Shown here piece after piece: positions 16,878-23,735 of a DNA stretch of 32,000 nucleotides. The position numbers and the translations under genes are program-made. The DNA comes from Ignavibacteriota bacterium (lineage in GTDB: Bacteria > Bacteroidota > Ignavibacteria > Palsa-1295), in the NCBI GenBank assembly GCA_963787835.1, contig CAWBEI010000002.1, positions 335,690 through 367,689 on the forward strand. The letters run 5' to 3'. Under the pieces are notes generated by a model. It was given only the letters and a program-made list of their open reading frames with translations. It was not told the DNA's origin and did not search any database. Within the stretch, counting starts at the first letter, position 1. Every line of letters begins with the position of its first letter.

Positions 16878-16969
16878 AACCCCTTAACGTTGCTTAGGGG
16901 GTAAGCATTGCTATAAAAAGTATAAAACACGAAACAATGGTTCCGAAAATGAGCCACTACCTGAATTGT

Positions 16970-17046
16970 CATTTAATGAACTCACCTCTTTCTTTCATGA
17001 ACTTATGCAATATTTGTTCTTCCAGAAATAGGTGCTCTTAATACCA
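16970..17046. repeat. conserved non-coding module W, copy 2
   Basis: CATTTAATGAACT (16970-16982) and AGAAATAGGTGC (17024-17035) occur in the same order, orientation and spacing as at 6526-6587 (54 vs 50 nt). Scattered matches lie between them and after them. Confidence 0.7.
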
Positions 17047-17102
17047 CTCTCTAATATACGACACTTTTCCCAGACGCCACGAAATTCGAAATTTTCTTTG
17101 AC

Positions 17103-17359
17103 CTCGGAGGCAGACGGCTCAAGCCATGCGGTGTAGCCTTGACCTTTAGGTCACAGTGTGATTTCTTTGTGCTCCGCGACCGTGGCCTGAAGGTCACGGC
17201 TATGCCGCTTCTTTCATTGGGGCGTGATTTGATCTGAGCCAATCATCGAAACCATCACACGAATCACATAAATCATAGTTCAGACTCGGAGGCGGACGAC
17301 GCAAGCCGAGCAGTGTAGACGTGACCTACAGGTCACGGTATAAATTCTTTGCGCTCCGG
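17103..17359. repeat. two direct copies of a ~76-nt REP-like unit (17103-17179 and 17285-17359)
   Basis: Both copies read CTCGGAGGC(A/G)GACG.C.CAAGCC...GTGTAG.C.TGACCT..AGGTCAC.GT...TTCTTTG.GCTCCG. Each contains a TGACCT-nn-AGGTCA palindrome. Confidence 0.8.
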
Positions 17360-17501
17360 TCATAAATCCCCGCACGGACTGCTCCGCTCCCATATCTTCC
17401 ACCACCGCGCGTTTAAATGTGGTTCGTCCGAGTGTTAGGATTGCCCTGAGCCTGTCGAACGGGTCTGGGAACCTGGGGCGTTCGGTGCCGTTCTTGAGTC
17501 C

Positions 17502-17585
17502 TCCAGCCTCCCGCTCCGTAGGAGCGCAATATTTGTAGCCCCCGGTTTCAACCGGGGGTTGAGGAGGGCACAGGAATCATAAGCT
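17502..17585. repeat. REP-type hairpin set on the 3' flank of the Y1 transposase gene
   Basis: The hairpins are CGCTCC-GTA-GGAGCG, CCCCCGG-TTTCAA-CCGGGGG and GCTCC-GGA-GGAGC. The stretch 17519-17560 is an inverted repeat of 18110-18150 (TTTGTAGCCCCCG...CGGGGGTTG.GGAG). Confidence 0.85.
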
Positions 17586-17601
17586 CCGGAGGAGCGGCAT
17601 A

Positions 17602-18069
17602 TCACCCCAGCGCGGTAAAATCGAACAAGTATCGTTCATCGTATGGAATACCAAACGCTTCGAGCAGCGCAATATACTCCTCACGGAATGTATGCTTTTT
17701 ATGATGCGCTTCCTGATTCTGAATGTACGCGATGACATGGTCTAATTGGGAACGCGAATAGGAGAATGCGCCAAAACCCTCCTGCCAACAAAAATGCCGC
17801 GTCATCCACGACTGCTCGTTCAGCCAGAGCGTTGAACTCGCCTTGATGTGCTTGACAAGATCCGAGATCGATTGATCGGGCTTCAAGCCAACCAGAATGT
17901 GGATATGATCCGGCTCGTTTTCAATTGCAATGAGTTTATGTTTGTGATTTTGAATGATACCCGTAATGTATTTTTGAAGTTCCTCTTTATGCTCGCGTGG
18001 GATGAGGTTTTCACGACCTTTGACAGCAAAAACAAGATGAATATAAAGTTGTGTGTAGGTATTGGCCAT
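17602..18069 (-). CDS. IS200/IS605-type Y1 (HUH) transposase, REP-associated (RAYT-like)
   Basis: 155 aa with YTQLYIHLVFAVKGRENLI, the HUH motif (PDHIHILV) and the tyrosine region (GFGAFSYSRSQ). No tnpB is present, and the gene is flanked on both sides by symmetric hairpin repeats. Confidence 0.85.
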   Translation of the reverse strand: MANTYTQLYIHLVFAVKGRENLIPREHKEELQKYITGIIQNHKHKLIAIENEPDHIHILVGLKPDQSISDLVKHIKASSTLWLNEQSWMTRHFCWQEGFGAFSYSRSQLDHVIAYIQNQEAHHKKHTFREEYIALLEAFGIPYDERYLFDFTALG

Positions 18070-18083
18070 TTGGGTGATATTAC

Positions 18084-18193
18084 GCTCCTACGGAGCTAAG
18101 GGGTATTATTCGTGCTCCGCAACCCCCGATTAAAATCGGGGGCTACAAAGATTAGGCTCCTAATGGAGCCATGTAATATTCCGCTCCTGGAGC
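18084..18193. repeat. REP-type hairpin set on the 5' flank of the Y1 transposase gene
   Basis: The hairpins are GCTCC-TAC-GGAGC, CCCCCGAT-TAAA-ATCGGGGG, GGCTCC-TAAT-GGAGCC and GCTCC-T-GGAGC. They mirror the order of hairpins on the other flank. Confidence 0.85.
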
Positions 18194-18320
18194 TTAAAAT
18201 CGCTCAAATTTTCTCCTGCACAATTCATAAAAATTTTCCAGTGCCATTTACGGCACCTTTGTGATTTGGTGCGGTGTTCCTGAATTCGGACTTATTTACG
18301 AAAACGGGTGTTCCACCCTG

Positions 18321-18356
18321 ACCACCCCCCAGCCCCCTCCTTGAAAAGGAGGGGGT
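18321..18356. repeat. G/C-tract palindromic repeat (family 2, intergenic copy)
   Basis: ACCACCCCCCAGCCCCCTCCTTGAAAAGGAGGGGGT contains a CCCCCTCCTT/AAGGAGGGGG hairpin. It lies 35 nt upstream of the recA start, and a near-identical copy is at 26432-26467. Confidence 0.8.
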
Positions 18357-18390
18357 AATAAAAATCTTTTAATCGGAAAGCACTTAAACT

Positions 18391-19479
18391 ATGCAAGACA
18401 CAGCAACGAGAGACGCGCGTAAGAAAGCACTCACGATCGCGATGGACGCGATCGAGAAAAATCACGGCAAGGGATCGGTCATGCGATTGGGCGATCAGCC
18501 GCATGTGAAAGTGGATGTGATCCCCACCGGCTCGCTTTCCATCGATGCTGCGATCGGCATTGGCGGCGTGCCGCGCGGCCGCGTGATCGAGATCTTCGGA
18601 CCGGAATCCTCCGGTAAAACCACGCTGTGCCTGCATATCATCGCGGAAGCGCAAAAGCGCGGCGGAAACGCTGCTTTTATCGATGCCGAGCATGCACTCG
18701 ATGTGAATTACTCGAAGCGTCTCGGCGTGAATGTGGATGAGCTTATTCTCTCGCAGCCTGAATTTGGCGAACAGGCGCTTGATATTCTTGAACAGCTTGT
18801 GCGTTCGGCTGCGCTCGATGTCATTGTTGTCGATTCCGTTGCCGCGCTTACGCCTCGCGCAGAAATTGAAGGCGAAATGGGCGATGCGCAGATGGGATCT
18901 CATGCGCGGCTTATGTCGCAGGCCATGCGGAAAATTACGGCCGTTATCGGCAAATCCGGTACGACGGTTATCTTCACCAATCAATTACGCTCAAAGATCG
19001 GCGTGATGTATGGCAATCCCGAAACAACGACGGGCGGCAATGCGCTGAAATTTTATGCCTCGGTGCGCCTGGATATTCGCCGCCGCGATGTCATTAAAGA
19101 AGGCACGGAAATTATTGGCAATCGCGTGCGCGTGAAAGTCGTGAAGAACAAACTTGCGCCGCCATTCCGCGAAGTGGAGTTCGATGTGCTCTACAACGAA
19201 GGCATCTCGAAAATGGGCGATATGATCGATGTTGGCATCGAGAACGACATCATTCAGAAATCAGGCTCGTGGTTCTCCTTCGAAGGCGAGCGCATCGGCC
19301 AGGGACGCGAATCTGTCAAGGCATTCCTGAAAGAAAATGCGGATTCCTTCGCAAAAGTTGAGAAAGCTGTGAGGAAAAAACTTGGTATCGAGATCGAAGG
19401 AATCGCCGGCAACCTTGCGACGAATGGTGCCGTCGCAGCGGGCGGGGTGATCGAGGAGAAGAAAAAGAGGGCCACCTGA
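18391..19479 (+). CDS. recA: recombinase RecA
   Basis: 362 aa with Walker A (GPESSGKTT), [18 protein letters not shown]-type segments and L2/[12 protein letters not shown]. It is unmistakably RecA. Confidence 0.97.
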   Translation: MQDTATRDARKKALTIAMDAIEKNHGKGSVMRLGDQPHVKVDVIPTGSLSIDAAIGIGGVPRGRVIEIFGPESSGKTTLCLHIIAEAQKRGGNAAFIDAEHALDVNYSKRLGVNVDELILSQPEFGEQALDILEQLVRSAALDVIVVDSVAALTPRAEIEGEMGDAQMGSHARLMSQAMRKITAVIGKSGTTVIFTNQLRSKIGVMYGNPETTTGGNALKFYASVRLDIRRRDVIKEGTEIIGNRVRVKVVKNKLAPPFREVEFDVLYNEGISKMGDMIDVGIENDIIQKSGSWFSFEGERIGQGRESVKAFLKENADSFAKVEKAVRKKLGIEIEGIAGNLATNGAVAAGGVIEEKKKRAT

Positions 19480-19518
19480 ACCGGGATTTATGAGATGAAT
19501 GGGATGTTTGGGATGGGT

Positions 19519-20493
19519 ATGAAACGATATCTTTTCATAATAGCAATTTTCGCATCATCCTGCTCGTCGAGTTCGACCTCACCAGGATCGGCTCCAAGCT
19601 ATGGTTCGGGAGAGTTTGGTTTCACTGTGAACGGCCAGACCGTGGATCGTATCGGGGATGATAAAGGTACGGCCGCTTCGGCGACAATTGCAAGCAATTC
19701 TTGGCTAACAATATCACTCACATACCCCGGTGAGCTACGAGGTTATGCAATGAATGGTGTAAACATAAGCCTGAAAATGTGGCAATTACGCACGGGCACT
19801 CTTGAAGTGAAAGGCAAATATAATCCTGTAACGCCGCAAGATTCAAATTGCGCAATTCCTTCGCTGCAGTATGTCGGTGTGGACGAATCAGTAGTTAGTA
19901 CCTACCCGCAAGGGAGTGTGACTATAACGAAGATAGATACTTTGAATAACCTTGTCAGTGGTAGATTCCAATTCATTATAGACGATGCACCACTTCCTTA
20001 CGATACCGTTACCAATGGTTTCTTCAATGATGTTCCAATCATTACGGGTGGCGGAGGTTTTGCTGGATCTCTGTCTGGAATTCGGAACGATGACAATAAT
20101 GGGGTATATCGCGACGACTCATTTCATTCCCCTAAAAATGGGATTGCATCAATAACATGTTACAAAGATGCTGGAACGAAAAATTTAGAAATTCAGGCCA
20201 ATGTTTATTATCCTGACGCAAGCTCTACCTATTTTAACATCACGCTGTACAATGCACAAGACGGATATTTCCCGTTTACCGGATACAGCGGAGGCGCATT
20301 CGGACTTTTTTCAGACAGTAATGGGGCGGATGGTGGCTTTTTCTCTGGTGGCATAACCATCACTAAATTTGATACTGTAAATCACCGATTTTCTGGATCA
20401 TTTAGCATCAATGCATCAGGTGGTGCGGGAGGGGTCACCTTCAATTCAACGTTCCAAGGCACAATCGATAGCGTCCGTTGGTATGATCTTTAG
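19519..20493 (+). CDS. hypothetical lipoprotein with an internal two-domain duplication
   Basis: MKRYLFIIAIFASSC is a signal peptide plus Cys. Two halves end in related segments (GSVTITKIDTLNNLVSGRFQF and GGITITKFDTVNHRFSGSFSI). The ORF is open from 19495. Confidence 0.6.
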   Translation: MKRYLFIIAIFASSCSSSSTSPGSAPSYGSGEFGFTVNGQTVDRIGDDKGTAASATIASNSWLTISLTYPGELRGYAMNGVNISLKMWQLRTGTLEVKGKYNPVTPQDSNCAIPSLQYVGVDESVVSTYPQGSVTITKIDTLNNLVSGRFQFIIDDAPLPYDTVTNGFFNDVPIITGGGGFAGSLSGIRNDDNNGVYRDDSFHSPKNGIASITCYKDAGTKNLEIQANVYYPDASSTYFNITLYNAQDGYFPFTGYSGGAFGLFSDSNGADGGFFSGGITITKFDTVNHRFSGSFSINASGGAGGVTFNSTFQGTIDSVRWYDL

Positions 20494-20500
20494 GTTTTCA

Positions 20501-20581
20501 GACCATTACTCGACCGATAACCCATCGGCCTACAACGCAAAGTCCATGCTTGCTGTTATGGGATCGACCGTCAATAAGTAA
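20501..20581 (+). pseudogene. 3'-terminal remnant of a fourth copy of the tandem lipoprotein family
   Basis: Frame 2 reads ...TDNPSAYNAKSMLAVMGSTVNK*. This matches the conserved C-termini of the downstream paralogs (NPNAYDAKTLLGVMGPSIERGD*, PNAFDAKSMVTMMAPSIQRP*). No N-terminal part is present. Confidence 0.6.
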
Positions 20582-20607
20582 ATTTTCAAAAATTGGAGAA
20601 TATAAAA

Positions 20608-21012
20608 ATGCTTCGAAGATTACTTCTTATTTCAATTGCATTCACCCTTGTCGCGTGTGCAACGCCTTATGTTAAAAATGCCGGTGGGCTGTTCAGCGGG
20701 AGCGGTTATCAGGATATACCCATCGATTCCACCACCTACCGCATCGTCTTCTACGGAAGCCACGGCGCCACAAGCCTGGAGCAAGTGGATCGGTATGCGT
20801 TTTACCGTTCCGCAGAGCTAACAGAAGAAAAAGGCTACGATTATTTCATCATCCAGCAAAGTGGCGCGGATGAAAAGAATCGCATCGCGTGGAATACCGT
20901 ACGCATGTTCAAAGGCCAGCCTCCTGAAAACGATTTTGCCACGTTCGATGCGCGAACGGTCATAAGGGAAATGGCCCCGTACATTCAGCGAGGCGAGGAA
21001 GGAGCTAAATAG
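20608..21012 (+). CDS. small lipoprotein, tandem paralog 1 (resembles the CC0125/CC1285-type lipoprotein family)
   Basis: MLRRLLLISIAFTLVAC supplies the lipobox. The conserved core is GYQDIPIDSTTYRIVF...VDRYAFYRSAELTEEKGYDYF...RMFKG. The family name is from memory only. Confidence 0.7.
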   Translation: MLRRLLLISIAFTLVACATPYVKNAGGLFSGSGYQDIPIDSTTYRIVFYGSHGATSLEQVDRYAFYRSAELTEEKGYDYFIIQQSGADEKNRIAWNTVRMFKGQPPENDFATFDARTVIREMAPYIQRGEEGAK

Positions 21013-21094
21013 TCGGTATCCCATGTTTTGATTTTGTATTTGTGCTTTCTTTTCTTCCATTTTTTATTTCTTCAACCATTGCCGCTTTATCCTT

Positions 21095-21629
21095 ATGAAA
21101 AACAAACAGAGTGTCATCGCCGTGTTAGGGATCGGATTGTTGTTCTTAGCTTCCTGCGCTACAAAGTACGCACCAGCCACTGGCTCGTTTTGGGACGGCC
21201 ATACCGGTTATTCCGAGATCCCGCTCGATAGCACTATCTACCAAGTCACGTTCTGTGGTAATAATAATACCACAGATGAAGTTGTAAACCGGTATGCCCT
21301 TTACCGCTGTGCGGAACTTACCTCGCAGCGCGGGTTCGATTACTTCGAGGTACTCGATAATAACGATGTCGCCGCGATCACCTCGACCGTCAATCATAAT
21401 AATACGCAGAAGACGGAAGTGGAGCACAAGGTCGATCCGCAAACCGGCAGAGTTGTCCCGGTGACCGTTACCACCAATAATGGAAGTTCCACCGTAACCA
21501 CACAAGCTGCGCACACGGTAACGAAAACCATTCGGATGTTCCAGGGGGACCGTCCGGGCAGAAGACCCTAATGCCTTCGACGCCAAATCCATGGTTACAA
21601 TGATGGCGCCGAGCATTCAGCGTCCATAA
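21095..21629 (+). CDS. small lipoprotein, tandem paralog 2; the last 19 codons continue in the +1 frame after the stop at 21569-21571
   Basis: It has the LFLASC lipobox and the core GYSEIPLDSTIYQVTF...VNRYALYRCAELTSQRGFDYF...IRMFQG. The frame-2 ORF stops at RRP*. The conserved family C-terminus (NAFDAKSMVTMMAPSIQRP*) follows in frame 3. There is also a Thr/Asn/Val-rich insertion relative to the other paralogs. Confidence 0.65.
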
Positions 21630-21650
21630 GAACGCAATCCTATCCTTGCC

Positions 21651-22070
21651 ATGAAAGGACTAGCACTTTTTCTATTATTCTGTTGCGGGCTACTGTTTTC
21701 TGCATGCTCCTCGCCCACGAGATACGCTGCCAATCCCGATCCCGCGCTTGGCAATTACGGTTATAGCGAGGTGCAGGAAGACTCCACAAGGTTCCAGGTT
21801 ACCTTTGCTGCAAATTACCAGACACCGACGCAAACGGTAGATCAATACGCCCTTTACCGCTGTGCAGAGCTGACGGTACAACGCGGATTCGATTATTTTA
21901 TCGTACTTCACTCAAAGAATTCTACCTATCTGCTGGGCCGTCGCCGCGAACCTTCGACCACCAAGACCATCCGGATGTTCTTGGGCGAAAGTCCAAAAAG
22001 AAATCCGAACGCCTACGATGCAAAGACCCTGTTGGGCGTGATGGGCCCGAGCATCGAACGCGGAGATTGA
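21651..22070 (+). CDS. small lipoprotein, tandem paralog 3
   Basis: It has the LLFSAC lipobox and the core GYSEVQEDSTRFQVTF...VDQYALYRCAELTVQRGFDYF...IRMFLG...NPNAYDAKTLLGVMGPSIERGD. Confidence 0.7.
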   Translation: MKGLALFLLFCCGLLFSACSSPTRYAANPDPALGNYGYSEVQEDSTRFQVTFAANYQTPTQTVDQYALYRCAELTVQRGFDYFIVLHSKNSTYLLGRRREPSTTKTIRMFLGESPKRNPNAYDAKTLLGVMGPSIERGD

Positions 22071-22073
22071 GGT

Positions 22074-22742
22074 ATGGAAGGCCGCATCACGTCGATCGTC
22101 CGGCAAAAGAAGGATAAAGCTCGCGCCTCGATCTTCTTGGATGAGGAATTTGCATTTGGTGTTTGCGATCAGACCGTCGAACAGTTCCGTCTTCGAAAAG
22201 GCGATTACATCGATCGTGAGATATTCGAAAAGATCACGCAGTTCGATCTTTTTGTGGAATCCAAACGCATTGCCCTCGCCTATTTGAATTACCGCGCCCG
22301 CAGCGAGAAAGAGATCCGTGAGCGGCTTCAAAAAGAAGACATTCCGGAACCCATCCTTTTACAAGTCCTGGAATTCCTGAAGGAACATAACCTGATCGAC
22401 GATGAAGCGTGGTCCAAGTCCTTTGTGAACGATAAATTGATTCGGAAGCCGGTGTCTTCAAAACAATTAGCGTATGGCTTAGCCCAAAAGGGAGTATCGA
22501 AAGAAGTGATCGAAGAGACGATCACGGGTCTGAATGCGAACGAAAGCGACGAAAGCCGTGCGATGCGTGCCGCCGAAAAACGCTGGCCTCGCATTCTGAA
22601 AACTGAACCCGACCCTCGAAAACAAAAGCAGAAACTCTACACTTTTCTCGCCGGACGTGGGTTCTCGTTTGAGACAATCAATGAAGTATATAAAAAAATT
22701 GCCATGGACGCAAAGGATAGCATGGACGATGGAGATGTTTGA
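22074..22742 (+). CDS. recX: recombination regulator RecX
   Basis: 222 aa. A repeated three-helix pattern (ALAYLNYRARSEKEIRERLQK..., VLEFLKEHNLIDDEAWSKSFV..., LYTFLAGRGFSFETI) is typical of RecX. The start is 3 nt after the preceding stop. Confidence 0.85.
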   Translation: MEGRITSIVRQKKDKARASIFLDEEFAFGVCDQTVEQFRLRKGDYIDREIFEKITQFDLFVESKRIALAYLNYRARSEKEIRERLQKEDIPEPILLQVLEFLKEHNLIDDEAWSKSFVNDKLIRKPVSSKQLAYGLAQKGVSKEVIEETITGLNANESDESRAMRAAEKRWPRILKTEPDPRKQKQKLYTFLAGRGFSFETINEVYKKIAMDAKDSMDDGDV

Positions 22743-22781
22743 TCGCCCCATCATTCATCTTTCATCATTCAACATTGCCCC

Positions 22782-23735
22782 ATGACCCTCGCTCGCGGCA
22801 TATTTATTTTTCTCGGGGCGCTGATATTTTCTGCGCTGTTGTGGGCATACGTTCGGCTTTCAGCGGCTTACGAGGCGGATGTCGATCTGCCGATGAAACT
22901 CACCGCGCCGAAAGGATATGCGCTCGCCTCCGGATTACCGGAACGGCTGCACACCCGGGTGCGTGGTGCAGGCTGGCAGATCCTGCTCATGGGTTTTACC
23001 AAGAATGCGGATTTTCAGCTCGATCTTTCCGAACGCGCCCTTCCGCCGGAAAACATTGTCACGCTGCATTCCGATGAAATTTCGAATGCCGCCGTACTGC
23101 CAAGCGAACTGCGCGTGCTAAAGGTCGAGCCCGATTCACTCGGGCTGCAATTCAGCAAAGCCATCGAAAAACAAGTTCCGATCGAGTCCCGCCTGGAGAT
23201 CCATCCCGCCAGAGGTTATACGATCGTGGGTGAACCGGTGATAACCCCCCGAAGTGTTTCGGTACTCGGCGCCATGGAAGTACTCGATTCGCTGAGAACT
23301 TTCCCAACGCAATCTCTTCGCGTGAACGATGCGAAGGAAGATGTGGATCGTGCGGTACTTCTTTCTGATTCGCTGGATAATTTCATTACGGTAACGAACG
23401 CGCCAAAAATTACCGTTCATGTTTCCGTGCAAGCCATCGGAGAGCGAAAAGTAAAAGGAGTCCCGGTGACCATCGATGCACTGCCTCCGCAATTCGATCT
23501 GCTGCTCATACCCGGAACGATAGCTGTCACCGTTCGTGGCGGCGTCTCGGAACTTGCAAAGCTTACTCCCGCTTCCATCCATGCGCGGGTGCTGTATAAC
23601 CCGATGCTGCTCGACACCGCAAGCGTGGTAACCCCGCAAATAGACGTTCCCAAAGGACTGACGTATCTCTCCGCAGATCCTCCCAGTGTGAAGTTCATCC
23701 TAAGAAGAAAGAGCGTCGTTCATGCTGCTCCGTGA
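22782..23735 (+). CDS. YbbR-like domain-containing protein (CdaR-like)
   Basis: N-terminal TM (IFIFLGALIFSALLWAYV) followed by repeated YbbR-type beta modules (..V.V.G......L......I...VD). Confidence 0.7.
   Translation: MTLARGIFIFLGALIFSALLWAYVRLSAAYEADVDLPMKLTAPKGYALASGLPERLHTRVRGAGWQILLMGFTKNADFQLDLSERALPPENIVTLHSDEISNAAVLPSELRVLKVEPDSLGLQFSKAIEKQVPIESRLEIHPARGYTIVGEPVITPRSVSVLGAMEVLDSLRTFPTQSLRVNDAKEDVDRAVLLSDSLDNFITVTNAPKITVHVSVQAIGERKVKGVPVTIDALPPQFDLLLIPGTIAVTVRGGVSELAKLTPASIHARVLYNPMLLDTASVVTPQIDVPKGLTYLSADPPSVKFILRRKSVVHAAP

Noticed and set aside
18292-18984. 230-aa ORF on the - strand overlapping the recA region
   Set aside because: Most of it is antisense to an unmistakable recA coding sequence. 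The Arg/His-rich translation is typical of a mirror-frame artefact.
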